A stretch of 64,000 nucleotides of DNA from Candidatus Curtissbacteria bacterium (GCA_030647775.1 JAUSJC010000010.1:6208-70207), one strand, 5' to 3'; shown: positions 19,621 to 28,994, counted from the stretch's first letter. The notes: generated by a model from the sequence alone, not told the origin. Program-made: numbers and translations.

Positions 19621-19624
19621 AATC

Positions 19625-19715
19625 GCTAAACGCTAATCGACTAAAGACTAACGCAAACATTAACCCTTCGTCGTTAGTCGTTCGCCTGCCTTGCCGGCAG
19701 GCAGGTCGTTCGTCA
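19625..19715. repeat. Family B element: GACTAAAGACTAACG arms around a 'gcctgccttgccggcaggcagg' palindrome.
   Basis: A 36-nt core is identical to 40943-40978. Related arms at 53644 and 57843. Confidence 0.5.
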
Positions 19716-19737
19716 AATGTTATATTGGTATTAACCC

Positions 19738-22734
19738 ATGCCTGTATCTGCGCCACCAAAAAACAAACCCGGCGGCCTTGCCGTCTTGGCCGAAATCGAA
19801 GTCATCGAGCCGGAGTTAAAAAGACACCGCCGGGAATTTAGCCGGCAATTTTCATCCAGCCTTAGCCCAAAAATCCCCGCAATCCTTTCCGCCGTCGGTA
19901 TAGAAAATCCGCCTTCACCACAAGTATCATCAAATCTTGTTACCCAAACAGTACACCAATCACTTGAAAATGTCGGCAAAATCCAGTCCACGGCACAATT
20001 GCAGCAAGTAGTTACCGATGCTCTCACTCAAAGCGTCATCAGCCAAGAAGGAATATCCGGAGGAAAAGCGGCAGACCAAGTCTATGAAAAAATGCAGGAA
20101 CCGGCGGCGGAAGTTGTTGCCGAAAATCAAAAAGGATTGGAAGAAGAAGCCGTGCTTGCCAATATTGCCCAGATTGCCAGCCTCCAAAAGCCAAACTCCG
20201 AAACAACCGCAATCATCAGAGACGAAGTCGAATCGGTAGTTGAATCCGAGGATCCTCTCATGCCCCCCCAAGAACTCGACCAGCTAATATCAAGTGTCGA
20301 AACTTATTTGGAAAGAGGCAGAAAAAATTTAAATACGGAGCTTGCCAGTGTCACGGAGGAAAATCTCCCATCACTAGAAAAGTTTCAGGAAATCAAAAAC
20401 AAAGCCCACGACCAAACCATCTCGCAGCTTGGCGATACCCAAATCGGGAACGTCAATCTAAAAGAACTTGCTTCGGACATTGGGGCAGAACTGGGGCTCA
20501 AACCTCTCAACGGGAACCAGGCCGACAAATTCGGTTTGGGTTTTGCCGAACCTACCTCAAATACTTTTAAAACCCGAAGCCTCGAGGGCCAAAGCATGGG
20601 GCTGAGACTTGCCTCAAGCACAAAAAATCAGGAAAAAGCCATTCTAGCGCTGACTGCCCATGACGGCCAAAAGATGGGGGAGGCCCAGAGAAATCCAAGG
20701 CTGCGGGAATTTAGTTTTTTCAAAAAGGCTAAAAGTTTTCCCTCGAAAAAATCAGGTGAGATGGCAAAATACGCTAACCACTTTCAGGGGTTCCCGGGCG
20801 GGCTCAACAGGGCTTCCCAAACCGCCTGGCGTTCGATCTTTGCCTATTTAAACCGCTACCCCGGTATTTTTGTACCCCAAAGTATTTTAAATGACCGCGT
20901 CCTTGTTTCTGGAGGTATCGGCGCGCTTTCTCGAGGATCCGGCAGCTTTTCGTTTGGTAATGTTGTCTCCGGCACCCGGGGCCTGACTTCCGGTTTAAAA
21001 AGCGCTATTGGGTTCGGAAAAGGGGCAAAAGGAGTAGTTATGGCCGGCAAACTTGCCTTTGGGGCTTCCAACCCCGCCGGCTGGGCCATGCTTGCCGCCC
21101 AAGCCCTGCCATTTTTGAAAAAACATGCCGCAAAGATTATTGCCGGCGCAATCGGTCTGGGAATGCTTCTGCTTCTAATGCTCTTAAAATTACTTGCAAA
21201 GCTGGCGGCTATCGCCGCCGGCGCGGCAACCGGTGCGGTAATTGGAGCCGTTCTAGGTTTTGGCCTACCCGGGGCCATCATCGGTGCAATTATTGGCGCC
21301 GGCGTCGGCTGGATAGTTAGTAACTGGGCCGTACCCGTAGCTAATTTCGTCGGCTCGGTTTTCTCCGGCTTGGGAAGCGCCGCTTCTTCGGTAGGGCTGG
21401 CGATCAATTCCCTCGGCTCGGCTATTGTTTCCGGCGCCGGCTCCGTTTTAAGCGGCGCACTAGGAGTTCTCGGTGGTTCCGCTAACTTTGTCATGAGCCT
21501 CGGCAGTCTTTCCATCCCCGCCGGTGCCGTCTTTGCCCCTCTTGCAATCGGAATCGGTGCGGTTGGTATTGGCGGAATTCTCGTTGGCACCATCACCGCC
21601 ACCAGCTTTTTCAATTCAACAAATGAGGGGGCTGTTACTGTCCCGCCTCCCGGCGCGTCAATCGGCAACTGGCCGACTGATGGATTAGTCACCCAAGGAC
21701 CCCAAGGGTCAGCCTCTCATAAGAACATTTTTGACGGGTCAAAAGCAGAGGCAATGGATATAGCTAACGTCGCTTCCCCCCCAGTCTTTTCCACAATTAA
21801 CGGCCTTGTCAAAACCATCTTTTTCTGTTCGAAAAATAACAGTTGCAACAGTGGGTATGGAAATTATGTAGAAGTCGCCGACAGCGCAAAATCTTTCAGC
21901 ATCCTCTACGGTCATCTAAGCTCAATCGACGTGTCTCAAGGAGCCCCGATTACCCCTAATTCAAAATTGGGGATAATGGGTAATAATGGAAACTCAACCG
22001 CTACCCATCTTCATTGGGAATTTCGCGGCATTGGTTTGGCCCCTCCAAATATTCCCCAGACTATCACTCCGCCAAACTGCGATACGCCATCAATTCCCTG
22101 CAACCCCGCCTATGTCACCCGCGACCCCAACTTCAAAGGATCGCCATACTGGTTTCTCTTGGATAGGCTAAACAAAAAAGAATACCTATATCAAGGCGTC
22201 CCCGGCGACAAAGGTAAAAGCCAGCTCGTCAAAACCTTTGCTGTAAATCCGATGAAGGTTAACCCGGGAATTCCTGGCGGGATTGAAGATACAATAATAA
22301 AACCCGGGGAACCCGGATATCTTCAGCGCTGGGGACACCCTACCCCCCTGCCTCAAAAAGTCGGCAGAGAGTATTGGACATTTACCGGTGTAAACCCAAA
22401 TGATCCCGGTATTCCGGGAGGTAAATTTTTAATTCTGGACGTCCCTCCCAGCGGAACAGGCTGCACTAACCCTGACCCAAACAATAAGGAGTGTGGTGGT
22501 CCGGTACCCTATATCGAGTGCGGACCAAATAGAGACGAGCAGTGTAACTGGGGAGGCAAAAGTGGGCAGTTCGGCCTCCACGGAGTAGATGCCACCCATA
22601 CCCTGGAAGACACAGGCAGTCAGGGATGCGTTAGACATAGCACGGAGGATATGGATTTCCTTTGGAATTTACTACATGACGAAATTCCCAAAAACCGGGG
22701 ACAAATCCGTTACTATATTCAAGATGGGGTCTAA
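19738..22734 (+). CDS. Cell-wall hydrolase candidate (998 aa): soluble N-domain, then a Gly/Ala-rich polytopic membrane region, then a C-terminal M23/LytM metallopeptidase domain.
   Basis: 'GYGNYVEVADS...YGHLSSIDVSQGAPI...GIMGNNGNSTATHLHWEF' is the M23 signature. The central ~140 aa are hydrophobic and Gly-rich. Start codon is uncertain. Confidence 0.7.
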   Translation: MPVSAPPKNKPGGLAVLAEIEVIEPELKRHRREFSRQFSSSLSPKIPAILSAVGIENPPSPQVSSNLVTQTVHQSLENVGKIQSTAQLQQVVTDALTQSVISQEGISGGKAADQVYEKMQEPAAEVVAENQKGLEEEAVLANIAQIASLQKPNSETTAIIRDEVESVVESEDPLMPPQELDQLISSVETYLERGRKNLNTELASVTEENLPSLEKFQEIKNKAHDQTISQLGDTQIGNVNLKELASDIGAELGLKPLNGNQADKFGLGFAEPTSNTFKTRSLEGQSMGLRLASSTKNQEKAILALTAHDGQKMGEAQRNPRLREFSFFKKAKSFPSKKSGEMAKYANHFQGFPGGLNRASQTAWRSIFAYLNRYPGIFVPQSILNDRVLVSGGIGALSRGSGSFSFGNVVSGTRGLTSGLKSAIGFGKGAKGVVMAGKLAFGASNPAGWAMLAAQALPFLKKHAAKIIAGAIGLGMLLLLMLLKLLAKLAAIAAGAATGAVIGAVLGFGLPGAIIGAIIGAGVGWIVSNWAVPVANFVGSVFSGLGSAASSVGLAINSLGSAIVSGAGSVLSGALGVLGGSANFVMSLGSLSIPAGAVFAPLAIGIGAVGIGGILVGTITATSFFNSTNEGAVTVPPPGASIGNWPTDGLVTQGPQGSASHKNIFDGSKAEAMDIANVASPPVFSTINGLVKTIFFCSKNNSCNSGYGNYVEVADSAKSFSILYGHLSSIDVSQGAPITPNSKLGIMGNNGNSTATHLHWEFRGIGLAPPNIPQTITPPNCDTPSIPCNPAYVTRDPNFKGSPYWFLLDRLNKKEYLYQGVPGDKGKSQLVKTFAVNPMKVNPGIPGGIEDTIIKPGEPGYLQRWGHPTPLPQKVGREYWTFTGVNPNDPGIPGGKFLILDVPPSGTGCTNPDPNNKECGGPVPYIECGPNRDEQCNWGGKSGQFGLHGVDATHTLEDTGSQGCVRHSTEDMDFLWNLLHDEIPKNRGQIRYYIQDGV

Positions 22735-23790
22735 ATGAAATTATCAGATTTTTCGCCAACACCTAAAAAGATTCTGGCTACCTTGGCCACTATTCTGCTT
22801 CTCATTGGCCTGACCATTCTAATATTTTTAAGATACCAGTCCTCCAATAAAGAGACTCCTCCGGTAGTTATCCCCGGGCCGACTATCGTTCTGCCGCCGG
22901 ATGTTGCCAAACCGAAAATCGCCAACATTTCTTTTCAGTTTAAAGACCCCAGCCTTCCGGATAAGGTTAACGTCTACAAAGTGAACTACACGCTTGATGG
23001 CAAATTTGCAAATCAAGTTGCCGCAACTTTTTCGTTTCAAAATCAGCCAGAAACAACCAATGACGCACAAGGGAATACCACCATGACTTGGGAAAACCCC
23101 GGCGGCAGTGAAAGATTAAGTATTACTCTCGAAAACGGACTCGTACAGTACACTGCTTCTCCCACACATGGCAAGCCAGACATCGGCCAGCCGCCGCTGC
23201 CAACCATTACCTCAAAGGAACAAGCGGCTATTTTAGCCAACAGTTTTTTAAGAAACCATAACTTGCTTGCTCCGGGCCTATCCCCATCGACAGTTCTCCC
23301 GTTCATATCTTCAGAGGGTAAATACATAAATCTGGTAGCTGACCTGTCCAAGGCAAAACTTTTTCAGGTTAATTTTTCTGCCACCCTGGGGAACAATAGG
23401 ATTTACTACCAATTTGCAAACGACGCACCTGTTAGCGTCTGGCTTGATAATTTCCAATCGCCAACCAAAGTTGTCTACCAATACCCAATCCCGCTTACCG
23501 AAAAACCAACACAGAAACCAATTATTACAATCGATCAAGCAAAAAGTAAATTAGAACAAGGGGAAGGAACAATTGTCAATTTCGAACCAGGAATCCCCGA
23601 CCCGAAAAGCACGGAAGCAATGCAGTCGGCAACTTTAACAGACGCCCAGCTAGCCTACTTTGATGATAGTAGATCCGGTTTTCTCCAGCCGATTTTGGTA
23701 TTTAAGGGCGAAGCAATCTATCCAAAAGCAGGTAAACTACCAATTACTATTTATTTGCCAGCGCAGACAACTCAACCAACAAATAACTAA
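22735..23790 (+). CDS. Membrane-anchored exported protein, hypothetical; last gene of the plus-strand block.
   Basis: N-terminal TM (ILATLATILLLIGLTILIFL). Start lies 1 nt after the preceding stop. Confidence 0.5.
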   Translation: MKLSDFSPTPKKILATLATILLLIGLTILIFLRYQSSNKETPPVVIPGPTIVLPPDVAKPKIANISFQFKDPSLPDKVNVYKVNYTLDGKFANQVAATFSFQNQPETTNDAQGNTTMTWENPGGSERLSITLENGLVQYTASPTHGKPDIGQPPLPTITSKEQAAILANSFLRNHNLLAPGLSPSTVLPFISSEGKYINLVADLSKAKLFQVNFSATLGNNRIYYQFANDAPVSVWLDNFQSPTKVVYQYPIPLTEKPTQKPIITIDQAKSKLEQGEGTIVNFEPGIPDPKSTEAMQSATLTDAQLAYFDDSRSGFLQPILVFKGEAIYPKAGKLPITIYLPAQTTQPTNN

Positions 23791-24086
23791 TAATTCCTAA
23801 ACTTTATTTTAAAAACAACTCTCCCCCCGAGGGCTTTATTAATGTCCTTTATCAGCCCGCCAGCGCGCATTAAAAGTTCTGTCCGCGCCAGTCCCTGCAC
23901 CTTTACGGTTAACTCCCCATTTTTGAAACTGGTTGCCTTGGCGCTCTCTATTGCCTCTTTCGGCAAATCGGGAGTCGCCAAAAGCACATCACCAAAAGCT
24001 CTCCTTACAAAAAGTGCGAACATTGCCTCACTCGTTTTTGAATGGCGCGGTAGATTTCTGATTAATTTATCAATAGAGGTGAACAC
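23787..24086 (-). CDS. DUF721/DciA-like small protein next to dnaN.
   Basis: 99 aa. 'FKNGELTVKVQGLARTELLMRAGGLIKDINKALGGRVVFKIKF' fits the DUF721 pattern. Conserved dnaA-dnaN neighbourhood. Confidence 0.45.
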   Translation of the reverse strand: MFTSIDKLIRNLPRHSKTSEAMFALFVRRAFGDVLLATPDLPKEAIESAKATSFKNGELTVKVQGLARTELLMRAGGLIKDINKALGGRVVFKIKFRNY

Positions 24087-24159
24087 ACCCCTAGTATAGG
24101 GGAATAAATACCAATTTCAAATGTCAAATTTCAAATAATTGGATATTGGAAATTAGAAA

Positions 24160-24182
24160 TTGGAAATTCCAGAGCTTTAGCT
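24160..24182 (-). terminator. Hairpin overlapping the dnaN stop, followed on the minus strand by tandem AATTTCC heptamers.
   Basis: 'tccagagctttagctctgga'. No canonical U-tract, so weak. Confidence 0.3.
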
Positions 24183-25364
24183 CTGGAGTCTAACCGGCAT
24201 GATGATGTGGAAAAACTTTTCTTCTGGCAAAACTCCGGTTAATTTCCCGGGGTTTAAACTTTCAACCATCTCAAAATTAACTTCCTCGTCTTCAATAACC
24301 CCCAAGGCTTCCAGCAAATAACGGTAATTAAAAGCTATTTCTCCGCCGGCACCGGAAAGTTCAATCCCTATTTGCCCATTTCCGGAACCAACCTGGGCCG
24401 CCCCCGCTGAAACATTAAGTGATTGGGCTTTGGCGCCTCCGCCGGCTGGCGGATTCCCCGCCTGCCTGCCGGCAGGCATGGCTTCAAATTTTAAGCGCAA
24501 AATGCTTCCGGAATCTCTTGCAAAAATTGAGGCAATACGAACCACCTTAATAAACTCTTCTTTATTCACCCTTGCATGGCTCACAAAACTGGCCGGTATT
24601 ACTTTTTGCCAGTTGGGGAATTCTCCCTCAATAAGCCTCGATGTAAACTCAACTTCCCCCATCTTAAAACTTATTTGATTCAACCCTTCCGCCACCACAA
24701 TATCGATTACTCCTTCTTTGGCTCCTTCACCCCCAAGTTCACCACCAATTTTGGCAGCTTCCAAAATTGCCCTTGCCGGTACCACAATCTTGATACCCAA
24801 AGGGGGCGCCTCCAAAACCTTAACTTCATCAAAGCTCAACCTGTACCCGTCCGTTGCCACCATTGCCACTTTCCCTCCGCTAAATTCACACAAAACTCCG
24901 GTCAAAATTGGCCTTCCTTCGTCCTGTGCGGCCGCAAAAGCGACACGTGCTGCGGCTTTCGAAAAAACATCGGCCCCTATTTTTATTTTGTGCCCCCCCT
25001 CAATTTTGGGTATCGCCGGGAATTCCTCTGCCGCGATGGTTGCAAACCTTGCCTCGTATCCTTTTGTTAAAATCTGCACCTCTTCCCCTAATTTTTCAAA
25101 AACCACATCCCCCTCTTGCGGCAATTGGGAAATAAATTCCTGAAGCATCTTCCCCGAAAGGGTTACTTTCCCCTCGGCTTCCACCTCTCCCGCTATCGTG
25201 ACCTTCGTCGCTGTTTCCAAATTCGTCGAAAGGACCTCTATTTTACTTTTTGTTGCACTTATCAGGAGATTGGAAAGAATTGGTAAATTTGCCTTCACTA
25301 GGAGAGATTTGCCCGCAAGGAGCAGGGCGAGAGACATGTCTTTTTGTGAAACCGTGAACTTCAT
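24177..25364 (-). CDS. dnaN: DNA polymerase III beta sliding clamp.
   Basis: 'MKFTVSQKDMSLALLLAGKSL', 'ATDGYRLS'. Contains a ~25-aa Gly-rich insertion (PAGRQAGNPPAGGGAKAQ...). Confidence 0.85.
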   Translation of the reverse strand: MKFTVSQKDMSLALLLAGKSLLVKANLPILSNLLISATKSKIEVLSTNLETATKVTIAGEVEAEGKVTLSGKMLQEFISQLPQEGDVVFEKLGEEVQILTKGYEARFATIAAEEFPAIPKIEGGHKIKIGADVFSKAAARVAFAAAQDEGRPILTGVLCEFSGGKVAMVATDGYRLSFDEVKVLEAPPLGIKIVVPARAILEAAKIGGELGGEGAKEGVIDIVVAEGLNQISFKMGEVEFTSRLIEGEFPNWQKVIPASFVSHARVNKEEFIKVVRIASIFARDSGSILRLKFEAMPAGRQAGNPPAGGGAKAQSLNVSAGAAQVGSGNGQIGIELSGAGGEIAFNYRYLLEALGVIEDEEVNFEMVESLNPGKLTGVLPEEKFFHIIMPVRLQS

Positions 25365-25399
25365 TTATGTGGGGACAGATTAAAAAGAAGATCGCAAGC

Positions 25400-25659
25400 T
25401 CTACCAGTTAATTGTGATTATAATCTCAATCCTCACTTATGTCTACCAGTTATCCCCAATTCTAAAAGAAAAATTAAATACTTTAATTACTATTCAAATA
25501 AGTAGTAGTAATTATAAAAGGGTTGTTATGTTGAAAGACAGCCATTTGCCAAAGGCAAATTGTTGTGTATTTCATATGTTTAAAACCGGCCCAAAATAGT
25601 TAATAAAAAAATTAAATTGTGGACAAGCCATTAAAATTAGTGGATAAATTATTAGTAAA
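25400..25659. promoter_or_regulatory. AT-rich dnaN-dnaA intergenic region with DnaA-box-like 9-mers (oriC half / DUE candidate).
   Basis: 'ttatcccca' (25450-25458), 'tgtggacaa' (25617-25625), 'agtggataa' (25640-25648). Strongly AT-rich. Confidence 0.45.
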
Positions 25660-27012
25660 TTAGTTGGAAGAAATCGCAGTTGTTAGTCTTAAAATTTCAT
25701 CGTTTTTAATTTGGTTGAGGCAAAGATTTTCAACCCTTTCGATCCCATGGATAATAGTGGAATGATCCCTGCCGCCCAAAATGTCACCAATTGTCGACAA
25801 AGGCAAACCCAGTTGCTTTCTAAGGAGATACATTAAAGTTTGTCTTGCCTCAACAAGCCGGGATTTTCGGGAGGGACCGCACAAATCATCGCTTGAAACC
25901 TTAAAATGCCGGGAAACGATATCCATAATTTTCCCGGGAGTTACGATGGGGGAATTAAGGTTGGTATCTCGGCCGATAGCCGCCCTTACTTCTTCAAGGT
26001 CAACCCTGCCGCCCGAAAGTTTGGAAAGTGCTAAAACGGAAACAAGAGAACCCTCAAGCTCTCTTGCACCTCCCCGGCAGCGTTCGGCCAGATAATGGAT
26101 GATTGAAGAGTCCAAAGAAATTCCCTTCTCCTTAGATTTGGAGGTAAGTATTGCCGTTTTCATCTCTAAATCAGGAAAAGTTATCCCGCACGCCATACCG
26201 CCCAAAAACCTAGAAACTAATCTGTCCTTAAGCCTGGCAATTTCTTTGGGATGGCGGTCGGATGCCAGAACTATTTGTTTGCCCGAAAGATGAAGTTCAT
26301 CAAAGGTATAGAAAAATTCATCCTGAGTACTTTCTTTACCGGCGAAAAATTGAATATCGTCGACCAAAAGCACATCGGCGCTTCTGTATTTGGATCTAAA
26401 AGCCTGTTGGGTTTTGTTATTCAAAGATTCAATATAGTCGTTGGTAAACCTTTCGGCCGAAACATAAAGGATCTTTGCATTGACGGTTTTTACTAGCACT
26501 TCGTTGCCGATTGCCTGTAGGAGATGCGTCTTCCCCACACCGGTTGGGCCGTGGATTAAAAGAGGGTTGTAAAGTGAACCAAGGCTGGTAGTCGCCTGGG
26601 TTGCCGCCAAATATGCCAAATTGTTAGAACCGCCGACAACAAAATTTTCAAACGTGTGGGATATTGAAAGCGTGTCCGGGCTTTTTGATTTAGTAATGAA
26701 ATCAAGCGGCCTGCCGGAGAATAAAGGACCATTCTTGGTCGGTGGAGTCTTTTCTTTCTGGCTGACGACAAAAATAACCGAGAGTTTTTTGTAGTTTAAG
26801 GTTTTGGCGCTTTTCAAAATAACTTCCCTGTACCGGTTTTCTATCTGTTCCCTGACAAAGCTATTCCTCACCCCGACAACCAACAGGTCGCGTCCCTCCT
26901 CGCTTTTTAAATCCAGAACAAAAGTTCCCGAAAACCACGTTTTAAAAGTAGACGTTGAGACTTGAGTTTTAAAGTTGGAAAGAATGTTGTTCCAGATTTT
27001 TTGGCCTGACAC
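25660..27012 (-). CDS. dnaA: Chromosomal replication initiator DnaA.
   Basis: Walker A 'GPTGVGKTHLL', 'LLVDDIQFFAGKESTQDEFF', C-terminal 'DHSTIIHGIERV' DNA-binding signature. Confidence 0.9.
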   Translation of the reverse strand: MSGQKIWNNILSNFKTQVSTSTFKTWFSGTFVLDLKSEEGRDLLVVGVRNSFVREQIENRYREVILKSAKTLNYKKLSVIFVVSQKEKTPPTKNGPLFSGRPLDFITKSKSPDTLSISHTFENFVVGGSNNLAYLAATQATTSLGSLYNPLLIHGPTGVGKTHLLQAIGNEVLVKTVNAKILYVSAERFTNDYIESLNNKTQQAFRSKYRSADVLLVDDIQFFAGKESTQDEFFYTFDELHLSGKQIVLASDRHPKEIARLKDRLVSRFLGGMACGITFPDLEMKTAILTSKSKEKGISLDSSIIHYLAERCRGGARELEGSLVSVLALSKLSGGRVDLEEVRAAIGRDTNLNSPIVTPGKIMDIVSRHFKVSSDDLCGPSRKSRLVEARQTLMYLLRKQLGLPLSTIGDILGGRDHSTIIHGIERVENLCLNQIKNDEILRLTTAISSN

Positions 27013-27552
27013 GATAATAGTACCTTTCTAAAAAGTATTGTGCAGGCTGTAAGTCCTAGTCTGTCGGCAGGCAGAGTAGGATTGAAAATCCTGGTCCGTG
27101 GCAGACGGAGAAGGGCGAAAGTCCTAAGTGCAGTCAAAGGGCTTGCCGGGGGCTGAATCCGGGTAGAGCGAAGATCTAATTCACCCCGCTTAGCGGGGCG
27201 AGGGATCAATTTTTCGAGAACTTGAAAATAAGCTCTCTTCTTTTTGGCTCGCAAACTATATTTGCAAAACTTTTCCACAATTGTCAAGCAGTCAAAAATT
27301 TTGTTGAAAACTAAATATTTTACTGCGCAGACCCCGTCAATTCGCTCCTTGAGCCGTGTATGAATAATACTGAAAAGGCGAAAGGTAAGAATGAGTGGGG
27401 TCAAGGACGCAAAATTATTGTGGATAACCCTCTTTGGGCTATTAGGAATTTAGGCAGTTGGGTTATTAAGGATGAAACTAAATCTTGCTAAAATCCCCGG
27501 TTTCCTGATATCCTAATGGCCTAATAACCCAAAAACCTAATAACCTAATCAT
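27013..27552. promoter_or_regulatory. dnaA upstream / rpmH upstream region with DnaA boxes (oriC candidate) and a GC-rich structured segment.
   Basis: Perfect box TGTGGATAA (27419-27427, reverse complement of TTATCCACA). One-mismatch 'ttttccaca' (27271-27279). Followed by a family-A element (27436-27550). Confidence 0.5.
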
Positions 27553-27690
27553 ATGCCGAAACGAACTTATCAACCGAAAAAAAGAAAAAGGGCAAAAACT
27601 CACGGTTTTCGAGTCAGGATGCGCACGACTGACGGCAGGTCAGTGTTAAAACGCCGAAGAGCCAAAAAACGTGTAAAACTTACAGTTTAA
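27553..27690 (+). CDS. rpmH: 50S ribosomal protein L34.
   Basis: Manual translation gives [45 protein letters not shown]. Below the ORF-track size cutoff. Confidence 0.85.
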   Translation: MPKRTYQPKKRKRAKTHGFRVRMRTTDGRSVLKRRRAKKRVKLTV

Positions 27691-27694
27691 ACCA

Positions 27695-27958
27695 TTGGAA
27701 CAAAAAGCTTTAAAAATTCCGGGTGAAGATTTCACCTTGATAATCAAAAAAGGGGTACCAAAAACAGTAATCGTCATAAGCAAAAAAGTTGCCAAATTAG
27801 CAGTAGATAGAAATAGGATCAGACGGCTTTTCAAAGAGGCTCTAAGGAGTTTGAATTTTAAGGGTCAGACAACGGTTATAGTCAAAAAAAATATCGCCCA
27901 GTACAAAAAAGAACAAGTACAAAAAGCTTTAGAAAAATTGCTCACCAAATATGTCTAA
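27695..27958 (+). CDS. rnpA: Ribonuclease P protein component (short form).
   Basis: Position directly after rpmH. 'RNRIRRLFKEA' motif. 87 aa, basic. Confidence 0.65.
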   Translation: MEQKALKIPGEDFTLIIKKGVPKTVIVISKKVAKLAVDRNRIRRLFKEALRSLNFKGQTTVIVKKNIAQYKKEQVQKALEKLLTKYV

Positions 27959-28160
27959 AAAAATCGCCAGAATCATCTTCTTCATCTACCAAGGTGTAAC
28001 TAGATCAAACACCAGATCTTGCCGCTTTACACCGACCTGCTCGAAGTACGCTCTTGACGCCATCGAGAAGTATGGAGGAGTCCATGGATCATACCTTGCC
28101 ATAAGAAGGGTTCTCGCCTGTCATCCATTTTCCAGGCGTCCCTTTTATGACCCAGCCTAA
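27951..28160 (+). CDS. yidD: Membrane protein insertion efficiency factor YidD.
   Basis: 'CRFTPTCSKYALDAIEKYG...LAIRRVLACHPFS'. Confidence 0.85.
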   Translation: MSKKIARIIFFIYQGVTRSNTRSCRFTPTCSKYALDAIEKYGGVHGSYLAIRRVLACHPFSRRPFYDPA

Positions 28161-28165
28161 AACCC

Positions 28166-28987
28166 ATGAACCCATACGATACTTTCTTATTCAACCCGAT
28201 CCTTAATCTCTTAATAGCAATCTATACTTTTTTGCACGCGCTTTCGATTCCAGGAGCACTTGGGCTATCAATAATTATTCTCTCCGCTGGAATCAGGCTT
28301 GTCCTTTGGCCGTTAACATCAGTGCAGCTTAGAAGCACCCAAAAAATGGCAGCTCTCAAACCGCATCTGGACAGGATTAAAATCGATCATGGCCACGATA
28401 AAGTGCGTCACCAGCAGGAGGTTAGCAAGCTTTACAAAGAACACGGCGTTAATCCTTTGGCTGGTTGTTTGCCTCTTCTTGTACAAATGCCGTTTTTTAT
28501 TGGGCTCTACAATGTTTTGGATAAGGCCTTGCAGTTTAATAATGCCAACTTTATAGGTTCGATAAACAGCCATCTTTATTCAACCTCCCTTTACCTTACC
28601 ACCAAACCAGACACTTCCTTTTTGGGTATCTCCCTCTCTACCCGCCCCAACGAATGGGCGCATGTAGGTTTTATCATTTTAGCTATCCCCCTTATCACGG
28701 GACTGCTCCAATTTGTCCAGTCAAAGATGCTTACACCGCAGGTGTCGCCCACCGCTATCAAAAAGAGCGGCGATAAAAAAGCCAGCACGGAAGACACCAT
28801 GTCCCAAGTCCAGTCCCAAATGACTTATCTTATGCCGGTTATGATTGCTTTCTTTTCATATGGTTTTGCCGTTGGCCTCTCCCTCTACTGGAATACATTC
28901 ACCATTATTGGTATCATCCAGCAATATATAATCTCCGGTCCCGGAGCCTTGAATAAATATCTGCCGAAGAGATTACAGAAAATTTAA
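28166..28987 (+). CDS. yidC: Membrane protein insertase YidC (short Gram-positive type).
   Basis: 'LWPLT...MAALKP...LYKEHGVNPLAGCLPLLVQMPFFIGLY'. Confidence 0.85.
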   Translation: MNPYDTFLFNPILNLLIAIYTFLHALSIPGALGLSIIILSAGIRLVLWPLTSVQLRSTQKMAALKPHLDRIKIDHGHDKVRHQQEVSKLYKEHGVNPLAGCLPLLVQMPFFIGLYNVLDKALQFNNANFIGSINSHLYSTSLYLTTKPDTSFLGISLSTRPNEWAHVGFIILAIPLITGLLQFVQSKMLTPQVSPTAIKKSGDKKASTEDTMSQVQSQMTYLMPVMIAFFSYGFAVGLSLYWNTFTIIGIIQQYIISGPGALNKYLPKRLQKI

Positions 28988-28994
28988 GATGCTA

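Noticed and set aside
20856-21692. 278-aa Pro/Ala-rich antisense ORF inside the M23 fusion gene
   Set aside because: It is the typical mirror frame of a Gly/Ala-rich coding stretch (GGC/GCC codons read antisense). It has no independent support.
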